Source: the human T2T-CHM13v2.0 reference genome, Homo sapiens
NCBI RefSeq assembly: GCF_009914755.1
Contig: NC_060929.1
Reading direction: 5' to 3' (one strand)
DNA: 64,000 bases
This document shows, piece by piece, positions 24,462 to 38,818 of the stretch. The notes under the pieces were generated by a model. It did no database searches and had not been told where the DNA came from. It saw nothing but the letters and a program-made list of their open reading frames with translations. Both the position numbers and the translations under genes were made by a program. Within the stretch, counting starts at the first letter, position 1; every line of letters begins with the position of its first letter.

Positions 24462-24877
24462 GGCCTGGTGTGGTGGCTTATGCCTATAGTTCCAGGGCTT
24501 TGAGAGACAGAGAGGGGAAGATCACTTGAGGTAGGGAGTTCAAGTCCAGCCTGGGCAACATAGTGAGACCCCATCTCTACAAAAACATTTTAAAAATTAA
24601 CCAGGTGTGGTGGCACACAACTGTAGTTCTAGCTAGGTGGGAGAATCACTTGAGACAAGGAGTTCAAGTCCAGCCTGGGCAACATAGTGAGACCTCATCT
24701 TTACAAAAAAATTAAAAAAAATTAACCAGGTGTGGTGGCATGCACCTGTAGTTCTAGCTACTCAGGAGGCTGAGGTGGGAGTATTGCTTGAGCCTATGAG
24801 TTTGAGGTTACATTGAACTATGATCATGCCACTGCACTACATTCCAGGCAACAGAGCAAGACCCTGTTTCTAAAATG

Positions 24878-24915
<38 letters not shown>
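24462..24915 (+). mobile_element. AluJ with an internal ~125-bp duplication and A38 tail
   Basis: Block tcacttgag...gagttcaagtccagcctgggcaacatagtgagacc...ctgtagttctagcta occurs twice (about 24522-24634 and 24646-24760). Confidence 0.88.

Positions 24916-24946
<31 letters not shown>
24878..24946. repeat. A38 + (TA)15 compound microsatellite
   Basis: Read directly. Confidence 0.95.
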
Positions 24947-24950
<4 letters not shown>

Positions 24951-26050
24951 TTCTCCCAGACGTTCTTAGACTGCCCAACCATGCAATTCTCTTTGTTGTC
25001 TTTTTCTTTCATTGGCAGCTATTTAATCAATTGTGTTCGTTAACTGTCCACTTGATGAAATAACACTGTAGTAGGCATACAGGGAGTTATAAAGGGAGAC
25101 TTCATATTATATCATAATATCTTCAATGTCTTTATAATCTAATATCAGGCAGTGATAGGAAGGAAATAATAAATATCTATAATTGTCCTTGGCAGAGAGG
25201 GTACTAGAGCATGTTCTGTTTTCTTATTTTGTGTGTGTGTATCAATACAATGAAAAAATTTTAAAGTAACACATTATATGAGCTAATGAGCTTTGGGGTA
25301 AAGATTGCTGGAATTAGTTTTGAGCCTAATTTTGGAAGAAAGATGGATTCTGATTGGGAAAACATGGCAAGCATGTGACTTGAACCAAGAGGATGGCAAG
25401 CAATTGTCTGAACATGGAGCCATTTGGTATAGGACCTGAATATGTATGAGTAGAAATTTGATTCTGGTTTAGGAGGAAGACTGAAAACCACTACAAGCAG
25501 AGGTGTGACTAAAGTTATAGTTCAGGAGAATGCTTTTTTTTGACTATAATTAGATAAATTGAATGAGGAAAGTTGACACAATTGTGGATAGTAAAGGCAA
25601 TTAAAATTGGGACTTGGGCTACAGCTACAACAAAATTAAATTAAAAATTTCAGATGACCTCCTGGGGCTATGTGACTCCACTCAACTTAACATCCAAATG
25701 TTGTATTTAAAAAATCCTTTAAAAAATTTCTGAACATTTCTTCCTGTTGTCATAGATACTTCAAGACTGAAAGGAGAAAAAAATAATTCAAAGGGAACAC
25801 GAGATGGCAGCAGTTATATCATATAAAGAGAAAGATTGGGGAAAGAAAAACATTTGAAATTATTTTTAAAATAAAAAAATATGTAGCACCTTATCCTTTA
25901 TGTGCTGTATTCCTTTTCAGTACAGAGATTACTCAGTCATTGGTTTCATGCTTCACAGCACATATGAGGTTCATTCTGACTATGGTAAAAAATCCTACTC
26001 CATTACATGGGATTGTTTCCTAAAATAAAGCTGTTGCTGTTTTCTGCAGA

Positions 26051-26168
26051 TTACTGTTCCTCTATGTTATCTGAGGCAGAAGAGTTCTGTGGGGTGCAAA
26101 TTTGTTTTAAGTGCTCCAGTATTGCTTTTTCTTCCTCTTCTAGTGTTTCATCCTTCTTCATTTCCCAC
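26051..26168 (-). CDS. KIAA0825: Terminal coding exon: (R)[38 protein letters not shown]
   Basis: Acceptor gatttttcttttAG|G, phase-2 start, 38 open codons then TAA, in non-repeat sequence. Peptide matches my recollection of the KIAA0825 C-terminus (not database-checked). Confidence 0.85.
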
Positions 26169-26200
26169 CTAAAAGAAAAATCACATCTTAGCATTTTTGT
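26169..26200 (-). promoter_or_regulatory. 3' splice site (polypyrimidine tract + AG)
   Basis: Minus strand reads aaaaatgctaagatgtgatttttcttttAG. Confidence 0.8.
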
Positions 26201-27249
26201 AACTTTCAAACCACAGGTCAACACTCAGTTAATCAAGTCTTGAATATGTAATCTTGGCTTATTGAGTCATCTGTCTCTCCCTGTTTATTCTTCACTGACT
26301 GCCTCTTGGGTAATACAATTCATTGGCACTGCCCCCGCGGAGTGGGCCAGGAGAGTGGGAGACAAAAGTAGAGTGAAATCAGCTCCACTTCAGGATAAAG
26401 TTTTTAAAGAATTGTTTCAAATGAGGTTTCTGTATTTCAAGAATGTATGTGGCCTATGAAAATACACATATAAATAAAATCTAGAATTAGCAACTAATAA
26501 GCAAATATTTTTCATAGCATTTTTTCCCTCACTGATTAACCAGATTAGTGGTTGTAAGTTGCAGGGAGGCTTGCCAGGAAGCCTTTAGCAGAAAGAAGAA
26601 CATCGAGGTTACTTGGATATACCTTAAGGGCAGGTCAGTGTATTTCTTGAAATAAGATCAGATTTGAAGCAATCAAGTTCAACCACTCTAGAAAAGTGGC
26701 AAATTGTTAGCAAGGTTCCAAAGAACATTTACTAAAAAAAGAGATTAAAGACTTTCTAATTCTGGATGATTAAGCGATACAGAATAAAATCTTAGACTCT
26801 CAACCTACATACATACAAATATAATCTTGCAAAGTAAATATCATCACAATAACCCGAGCACACTTACTTCTTCCTTCCTATCCACTCTCTCCACCTCCCC
26901 AGGACTGCCCAGGACTGCCCAGAGTATACTGAACCCAGCATTCTAACAGTTTCCTTCTCCTATCCTCACTCTTATTTCTATCCCTACCTAAGCTGTCCAC
27001 CATAATGTACTGTTACAAAAGGATTTTAAAGCCAGTGCTGATACAGTCTAAAAGATCCTCTGCCATAAAGGCTTCAGCAGGATAGGATTTCTAATAACAA
27101 ACAAGCAGCTACTCACTGAATGTCCTCCAGAACCAGAACCCCTCATTGTGTTATAATCCAAACTCCCAGACAACAAATAGTCTGTCACACATGAATTTAG
27201 GGTGGAATTTTCTGGTTTTGTTTGAGTGATGAAAAGAAAGCAACTGTAT

Positions 27250-27550
27250 TTTCTTTCTTTTTTTTTTTTTTTTTTTTTTGAGACAGGGTCTCCCTCTGTT
27301 ACCCAGGCTGGAGTGCAGTGGCACAACTATGGCTCACTGCGGGCTTGACCTCTTGAGATCAAGTGATCTTCCTGCCTCAGCCTCCCAAGTAGCTGGGGCT
27401 ATAGGTGCACACCACCATGCCTGGCCAATTTTTTTAATTTTTTGTAGAGACAGGGTCTCCCCTATGTTGCCCAGGCTCATCTTGACCTCCTGGGCTGAAG
27501 TGATCCTCCTGCCTCAGCCTCCCAAAGTGCTGGGAATACAGATGTGAGCC
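27250..27550 (-). mobile_element. AluJ
   Basis: T22 tract then gagacagggtctc; J-type aagtgatcctcctgcctcagcc. Confidence 0.9.
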
Positions 27551-28089
27551 ACTAGTATGATATCTGTTCCCATACTAGTTTCCTTTTTGGAGTGCTGAGT
27601 TCAGTATGCCCTGGCCAGTCCTGGCAGTCATATATATGAGAGGAAGAAGGAGGGGAAGTATGGAGAGAAGAAAGAGGATTATCTGAAAAGTGACACCTGG
27701 TTTCAATTTATATTTCTGCTTCACCCTCTGCCTACGATTCTCCTCATTTCCTAGCCTCAAACTTGTCTGGATCTAAAAACTGCTATTTTTGGCTGCCTTA
27801 GTTTCTCCACGTTTCCATATGGTTGAAGTTAGGTCATTGGTCTAACAGGTTTTAATAACAACATGAATGATAAAAAGTTTTTCACTGCCACACTATTCAA
27901 AGCCACATCACAAGGGAAGTCAGTATTTTGGGTTTTACAATTTAGCCCACAAGATTTTCTTACACTGCTTTCATGGAATTTTAATGATAAAAAGCTCTCC
28001 CTACCCATTTTATGTGGGTGAAATTGGGTATCGCTAATATTCATGTCAAATTGAGCTCCTCCCAAGCAGGAAAATAAATAATGGAAAAT

Positions 28090-28290
28090 ACTTTTATATA
28101 GCATTAACTAATGGTTAAGCATTCTTTTAAACACTTGAGATATCACTCTTTAAATTCTCAATTTAAAAAGTTATTATTGCTGTTCTACAGATTACTAAAC
28201 TGAGGTACAGAATGTTAAAATCACTTGCCTGAGTATCTTTGTATTTGAACTCAGAGAGTCAGAATCTGGAATCTGGGCTTTCAAATGCAA
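28090..28290. mobile_element. MIR
   Basis: Core ttctacagattactaaactgaggtacagaatgttaaaatcacttgcc. Confidence 0.65.
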
Positions 28291-30239
28291 TTAACAATCG
28301 TGGCTTAAAAACCATTTACAGCTAATATAAAGTACTGTCAAAAAGTTTAAATATTTTACTTTCCAAAAAATATTGCCCAAATTGTGCTAGATATTACATA
28401 AAAGAACCATCTAAGGATCATATAATCTTAAATCCAAACATGAGAAATTAGATTTGCCTTTTTTCCTTCCCATGTAAAGGTGCTAATATTGTCTGAGTAA
28501 ATGAATTATTTTATGAATGTCAACAGAATAAAGTACGTGATATGCACATAAATATTTTGATCATTGTGTCTACTTGTGAAAATTGAAAGTAGTCTCTCTG
28601 CTTCATTAAAATCTGTATAATTAATGTAATTTAAATGAATCATATACATAATAGAATCCATGATAAGGATTTTTGAAGCTTCATGACAATTATAGGCACT
28701 TCACAGTATAATTGAGCTGTTAGTAATTAATGATATTAGGTAAAGTTATTTACCTACCACAACTTTATTATATTTGCTTTGTGCTTATTAAGAAGAAATC
28801 ATTTCATAAGAGGATAAAAAATGATGACAAAAATGGATGAAAAAATATTAGAACTACATTTTCCTTAATAGTTTTACTCATATTGAATGAAAGCATTAGA
28901 GATTTGAAATGTGTATTTATCACAAACATTGTTATATTTCACATCTATAAGTTCTTAACGAAGTTTTTCTTTAATTCCATCATGGTTTTGGGTTTTGTTA
29001 ACACAATGCAAAAACAACAAGTCAATTCTGTTAAAAAAAAAATACTGAAAGAGAAAAGAATCTACCAATTTGTTAAACATAATTGGATGGACAATCTGTT
29101 AAAAATCTTTATTCCTAATTTCCCCTAATATATTTAATATCTGTGGTGGAAAAAGCATATCCCTACAGAAACCAGAAAATGTTGGAAGCAGCATATTCTG
29201 GTTCCTCCAGAAAAGCATTATGAGGTAATTATATTTTTGTTTTTCCTAATTTTGGTAGCCTGCCCTTTTGTATTATTGCTGAATTCCCCCACCTGCCTAC
29301 TATTATAGAAGAATTGCAACCTGGCCCCACAGCTGGTGGCAATGACTATGCTGTGTCTTACACACTGATTAGCAGTCAAGTCTCATGAGACTCCACTGAT
29401 CTGTACCATGATATTAACTGTCTTCTGGAATTGGCTCCATCTGTATGGCTCCTAGGTGGTTAGATATGGGTCCCTTTTCCTAGGCAAGCACAGTAGGGAC
29501 TCTAAAGCCTAGACTGAGATACTCTAACAGAATCAGCAGTTACAACTTTGCTCATTTGTACCACTCTGATTGACTTGGTTGTTCTTAGCTTGGATGCATG
29601 TTCCTGAATTTACACACATATTCATTCCTCAAGCAGAGATATCTGCCTGCTACTCTGTATATTTTATTAATATTAGCACATATTATAGAGCTTTTCCATG
29701 TGCCATACCATGAGCTAAGACCTTTCTGTTTTTGCTCACCGACAATGAGACCTTGAGGTGTGAAAAATAAAAACAGTCACAGATCAGTGAATAACTATTC
29801 TAGTGATCAGTTTTATAGAATCTTATATTTGGGGAGGTTTCAAGGATGACTGTGTGTTAGAGTCAACCAGGAGAGCCTCTCTTAGGGACATGCATAGTAA
29901 AACATGAGGTATATCCTTGGTAGCATTGGTCCAGGCTGTCACAGAAGCAAATCTTGGGTGGCCTGTACTGCAGGAAGGAGCAGCCAACACCAGACAGATG
30001 AGGAGGGCCAGAGTCTGGAGTGTGAGGTGTTTGAGGCATTTACCCTTCCTTTTACTAGGAGAAAAACATTTAAAATATCTGAAATCAATAGTGTTCTGAA
30101 TAAGAGCACAGGCCCTAGAATCACTCTGCCTTTGTGTTGAATATGAATGTAAACTTCCTAGATGAATCACCCCAGGCAAGTTTTTTAACCCCTTGGTGCT
30201 TCGGGGTTCTTTCTCATGTATAAATATGGTCACATTGGA

Positions 30240-30612
30240 ACACAGGCCCCCTTATTTGTTTATGTACTGTCAATGACTGATCTCACTCAATAATGTCAGA
30301 GTTTAGTAGTTGCAATCGAGACAGACTAAGACTGCATGTCCTGTAAAGCCTAAAATATTTACTATTTGGACTTTTTTTGGAGGAAGTTTGCCAAATTTGC
30401 GCTAGAATGATAGTTCTTAACTGGGGTGACACTGCCTCCGTATGGGGAAACATGGAGGGTATTTTTGGCTGACACTACACTATGTCTAGAGAGTACTTCT
30501 CCTAGGACCTAGACAACACAGATGGCAACATGTTTATGTGCAACAATCCCACACAATGAAGAGTTGTCTTCCCAAAATGTCAATATATCCTACTGAGAAA
30601 CATTGGCTTTAG
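30240..30612. mobile_element. hAT-Charlie MITE remnants (MER58-like then MER20-like)
   Basis: gagtttagtagttgc...aaagcctaaaatatttactatttgg...aagtttgcc; then gttcttaactggggtga...ccaaaatgtcaata...tgagaaacattg. Confidence 0.6.
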
Positions 30613-30729
30613 AATCTCCAAATAATATTGAATAAGAATAGGTATACTAAAATAGGAAGAATCCCTAGCTAATTTCTGATTTTTAATTGAAATAGTTTTA
30701 GTCTTTCACTGTTTAGAATACTATTTGCT

Positions 30730-31450
30730 GCAGAATGAGGGTTTAGAAGTTAGGGTGCTGGATTTAAATCCCTTATAAGCAGTGTGGCCTTGGGCAACCC
30801 AGATAAAACAGTGCCTCAGTTTCCTTATCTATGGAATGGTAATAATAATAGTGCCTGCTTCACAGAGTTGGAATGAGGTAGAAGAGATTAAACACACATA
30901 AAACATAAAATAATGCCTCGTTTATAGCAAGCACTCAACAAGTGATAACTATTATGATGATGATTATTATTATTTGGCATATTGGTTAAGGTTGCAAGTA
31001 GGAGAAGTCCTGGGTGTGGTCAGTTACACAAATAGGGGATAATTGTCCTCATCTAATAAGAATGCAGAGTTGGGTGATTGCTGGCATAGGTTAAGTAGTT
31101 TAACAACAGCAGGGCTGATGACTCTGTGGTTCTCTTGTCCTTTACCTCATGGTCCCAATACAGTTGTTGCAGCTTCAGCCTTCCTGTCCTCGTGCTGAGG
31201 CAGGAGGAAAGAGTATGGCTCCACCTGTCTTGTTTTATCGGGATAATAAAACCTCTCCCAGATTCCTCCCAGTAGACATGGGAGCCATCCTGTCTAGGCT
31301 TGAATCCTGACTCTGCCACTTACTAGCTGTGTGATATTGAACATATTTCTTAATCTCTCTGTGCATCAGTTCTCTTATATGCAACATAGGGGGTGCTAGT
31401 GGTATACATCTCAATGCATTGTTGTAAATAGTGGATGAGCTATAAATTTA
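30730..31450. mobile_element. MIR, MLT1 fragment, MIR cluster
   Basis: MIR cores gtgcctcagtttccttatct (about 30811) and ctctgccacttactagctgtgtga (about 31311), with MLT1-like sequence between. Confidence 0.6.
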
Positions 31451-32038
31451 AGTCCTTCATAGAACGTTACTCTTATTTTGTAAGATTCTACTTGTGTCAA
31501 GTGGTTTCCTCAGAGCTCCTACCTTGATGTGCTTTCTCACGTTCTGTGTCTTTCACATTGTTTTATCTGGTAAATTATCTTTTCTATCAATCAATCAATA
31601 ATATAATATTGCAATAAATACATTCCAATAAATAAATATTGCATATATGTATATATGTATATGTATATGATCGTGTTGTCATTCCCTCTTGTTTTTCATG
31701 AGGGAAATGTTTCATGCTAGTCTACTACTCTGTTCACCCTAGCATGGCCAAGGTTGTTTTTGTTTTCCTATAATCACTTTGCTGTATTTTTCAAACACAG
31801 ACTGTAATAATGGCATTTGATCATATTTTTGGTATTTCTCCTGCGATAACCAATAAAATACTTGAATATAAAAATGTAACTTAAGCCTCCTGTTTAATGT
31901 TATTATGAAACATTTATGTAGCACTTTATATTTACAAAGTGCTTTACAATTATTTATTAGTTAATTGTACTGTTAAACAACATTAGTCATCTGGCCAAAT
32001 AAATGATTTCAAATTGTTCTACCAATATATAGCTGAGG

Positions 32039-33051
32039 AGTGAAGAGTAAAGTCATATTGGATTTTATTCAAGAAAAATCCTTGTTGTCTGTCTCTCCTC
32101 CACATTGCACAGTGCAGACTGGTTTTTCAGAGGGAGGTTCAAATCAGAGGGGAAAGTAATGTCTCTGTTACCTTCTTTCTGCTGTTCTGTACATGTGAGC
32201 TTTTCTCAGGGTCAGTCCTAGACCATCTTCTCTTCTCCCTTGGAAAGCCCCACATATCCAGTTGTTTTCTCACATCTGTAATTCAGCTCTGTCCCAAGCT
32301 GTATGTAATTCAGCATCTTTAAACTTTGTTTTTGTCCTAAGTTCTCTCAATTCAATTCTTGATGGCCATTTTTACTCACACTCCAATTATATCAATATTA
32401 AATATATATACTGTATTCATATATGTACATATATGAATACAGTAATATATGTATACAGTATACATATGTATACAGTATATATGTATATAGTACATATCTG
32501 TATATATCTGCATATCTGTATATAGTACATATCTGTATACTGTATATATACACATATATGCATCAGTATATATAATATACATACATATATGTATGTTAAG
32601 TATAAATACTGTATGTGTATATATTAAATATATACTGTATGTATGTATATTTAATATATACATATTAAATATATACTGTATGTGTGTATATTAAATATAT
32701 ACTGTATGTATGTATATTTACTATATACATGTATGTATATTTAATATATAATATATGTCTGTATATTTAAATTATTCAAACTGACCATTACCCCCTTCTC
32801 CCTCAATAACACAGAGTCCAAACAGTGAAGAGTAAAGTCATATTGGATTTTATTCTTCAAGAAAAATCCTTGTTGTCTGTCTCTCCACATTGTACAGTGC
32901 AGACTGGTTTTTCAGAGGGAGGTTCAAATCAGAGGGGAAAGTAATGTCTCTGTTTCCTTCTTTCTGCTGTTCTGTACATGTGAGCTTTTCTCAGGATCAG
33001 TCCTAGACCATCTTCTCTTCTCCCTTGGAAAGCCCCACATATCCAATTGTT
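32039..33051. repeat. Dispersed 228-bp direct duplication (32039-32266 and 32824-33051)
   Basis: By-eye alignment: 4 substitutions and two 3-bp indels. Confidence 0.95.
32390..32770. repeat. AT-rich TATA/TATG/CATA low-complexity tract
   Basis: Read directly; includes repeated atattaaatatatactgtatgt units and a 36-bp palindrome. Confidence 0.9.
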
Positions 33052-34351
33052 GTTCACAAAGTATTTTATGCCACGACTCCCAATCTTGTTCACACAGTCT
33101 GTCACCAGTTAAGAGACAACTTACTCTGCAAACATTCTCACATTCATGCCTACCCCACTGCCATTAGTCCACAGGTACACATGATTTCAGTGTCTGGACA
33201 GTGCGATAATCTCCAGATATCCAGATCCAAAGACTCACGCTACTGCTACATCAAACCAGCAATGACTGCCCTGCCTAGAGAGTTTAAAGTCTTTATTGTT
33301 CTAGCTTGGTAGCAGCAGTTCTGTTTAGCTGCTACTACCTCCCCTAGGGAGAAAATTATTTTCCTTATTTTCTCACGCATTGTGTTTTCCCAGTTGTGTT
33401 TGCACTTCTACTTTTGCTGTTCCACCCACATGAAATGCCTTTCCACCTACCCCAAACCTGCTCATCCTTCTTCAGACCCAGTCTACAGCCCACCTTTTTC
33501 ATGGAGAACTTCCCAACTACCTAAGACTAATGTGTGATCATCCTTTTCCTTTGAGTCCTATAGTATCTAATGTCTGTGCTTATGGATATTAGGTCAATTT
33601 TGGTCAATTAACCACATACTGCTTTGTTACATCTTTTCTATTACTTTCTTGAGCTGTTATTTCATTGTTGCATTAAATTTTTTTTCACATGTATCTTTTC
33701 ATCTATACTTGCAGTTTGTTGAAGAAGACTTCGTTATCTGTAGCTTTTGTTTCAAATATTTTATTTGAAATAACATATTTTCTTTTTCAAATAGAAAAGA
33801 GATGGATTTATTTTTATGAGCCTCAGGAATGTTTTTGAACATATTTATCAACTATTAACAGTTTTCTCTTATAATATGACAAATGCAAAAACAAACACAC
33901 AGAAATTGACCTTTTCACATTCATGTCATCTTTGTTATCATTTGCTTTTAATAAACATGGCAGAGTGAGGATATTTTAAATGCTGCTGCTCAAGTTATGT
34001 TGTTAGAAGCAAGAAAATGCCACCCAAGCTGAGGCCACTTAATTCAGCTTTTAGTAAGCATTGGAAAGTGTAGGAAGAGTGGATTCTTCTGTTCTTGATT
34101 CAGCCTCTAAATGACACCAGTATGGCTTGCCCTGCATACAATCTCTGCTTCGTCTTATTTCTCAGCATTTACATCCTTCTTAACTTGATACTTTTAAAGA
34201 ATCTATAGGTTACTTATCATTTCCAGAGATATAAATGATAAGGATAGAGAAGGGTAGGACACAGGACATCTGGAATAGATGGTTACTTTTCTATGAAAAC
34301 TTTCTCCAGGGAACGCAATTGGAAGCAAATTCAGAAAGTATTTGGTTATGA

Positions 34352-34636
<285 letters not shown>

Positions 34637-36179
34637 TGGTTATGCTATTTAATGATCACAGAATAATAACATTACTTGGCTCTCCATGATTCAGAGAAAT
34701 TGCAGATAGATGTCATGTTATTTCTTCTCCCAAACAAAAAAACAAACCTGTTCTGTCCCCTACTCAAGTGCTTCCCACCCCTTACAATGTACAAATATCT
34801 TAGTTTGGCTCAAGTAGCATATTTCAAATAACTAATAGTTTAGTGTTTTGTACACTGTAATCTGTACCTTTTAAGCACTGGCAAGATATCTGTTGATTGG
34901 TATGTGTTAGAAGTTCAAGTGTTACTATGTTATTCTTGGGTGGAATGAAGAAATAATAACTTTTCACTACCAGTATTGAGTAGTAGCTGATATCTCAAAA
35001 GGTATTATTTGTCAATTTTATGAATGATGAATATGATGGCTCTTAGAGCATTAAAATCAATTTACCCATCCTTAGTTTTTGTATCACTATTTGTTTCTTA
35101 AAGTCTAAAATTCAGTGACCTTACCAAAAGGCAACAACTTCCTGCAAGTTCATTTATTTACTAACTATACTCACAACCTTTTTAAAAATGAGATAGTGGT
35201 ATAAAGAAAAAAGATATTCAGTAATTTCAGTTATTTGGTACCTGACTAGTATTTTTGACCAATGTAAAAAGGCTTTAAACAAACTTTGCTTAGCAAAGTA
35301 CTTAATTTAGGTCACATATCACACTGGAATGAGACCTTTTGTAGGTCACTATTTAAACATTTAATTTCTGGTGATGTGACACCAAAAACTAAATGTTTAA
35401 TTTAATTTGATTGATCCCAATAACCTTTTCCTTCTTCCGACTTTCTTTACCACCACTTTTTTCTTTAGTATGTAACTTTATATCATCATCTCACTTGGGT
35501 CTCTGGTTGTTGATTGCCTTGCTTCTTCTATCAGTTTAGGAGCTCCTCAAAGGCATAGAGTAGAACTATCAAAAAAGGGCTGTCATTTTAATTATCATAA
35601 CCAGCTTTGATGTAAAGAGGATGTTATTATAGTTAATTCTGAGAAACTGTATAAATCAGCAAAGCCCTCTTAATTTAGTCATCAGTAAAATATAACCATT
35701 CACGTTTCCATTCTGGTTAATGTAATTAACTGAGTATAACAATATTTAGGTCCTCAATTTTTAAGGGATCAAAATACATAATACTAACTAAATCAATTTA
35801 AATTTATCTTTCATGACTCAGACAACACTTTCAGATTATACCATTTCTTAAAATATGGTGTTGTATATATAGAATAAATAGAAGACTGACCCAAATGAGC
35901 ATAAACTCTGGGAAACTGTCTCAATAAATGGTAATGGTAGGAAATTAATTGTAATGGACTCTTGTTATAAGAATGAAATTAGAAGGCCTTAAAAATTACT
36001 TGTTATATTGAACTTTAGCATGTATAGCTTATGTTTTGAGAGATCAACCTTAGTTTGTATTCTATTTAATATGTATCACAATGAGTCACATTTTAGAACA
36101 GAGTTTTGCCATATGTAATTAACTTGCTTATTTATCTAGCAAACATTTGAGAGCCTGCTGGGTTTAAAACATTGAGCTA

Positions 36180-38225
<2,046 letters not shown>

Positions 38226-38497
38226 AAACCACTGTGCTAGGCAACAGTAGTGAGAAGAGCTGAATATGGTTTTGTCCTCAGGGAGATCATTCAGACAGAG
38301 AGCGTTCATTATATGGACTGAACTAAATAATTATTCTAAATCCATATTCAAAATCCTTTAAAGATTGTGTACAGTATTTCAGTTTAGTATGAAATGTCAG
38401 TGGTAATAAAAGGCATCAGTGCTGTTTTCTTAGGCTTCATTTTAGTAATTTGTTGGCAGGAAATACGTAATTCAGGTATTTCTTCCTTGCCTCATGA

Positions 38498-38818
<321 letters not shown>

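Noticed and set aside
26007-26243. Plus-strand 78-aa ORF
   Set aside because: Antisense shadow of the real minus-strand exon.
26326-26350. CTCF-like motif cactgcccccgcggagtgg near the exon
   Set aside because: Mismatches at core positions; cannot be supported without ChIP data.
29823-30233. 136-aa minus-strand ORF
   Set aside because: Overlaps MIR-like sequence, has no recognisable domain and no supporting exon structure.
32262-32663. ORFs rich in Y/I/H/T
   Set aside because: Translations of the TA-rich simple repeat.
32041-33045. Mini LTR element (the duplicates can be read TG...CA)
   Set aside because: Homology extends beyond TG/CA, there is no TSD, PBS or PPT, and the interior is low-complexity DNA.
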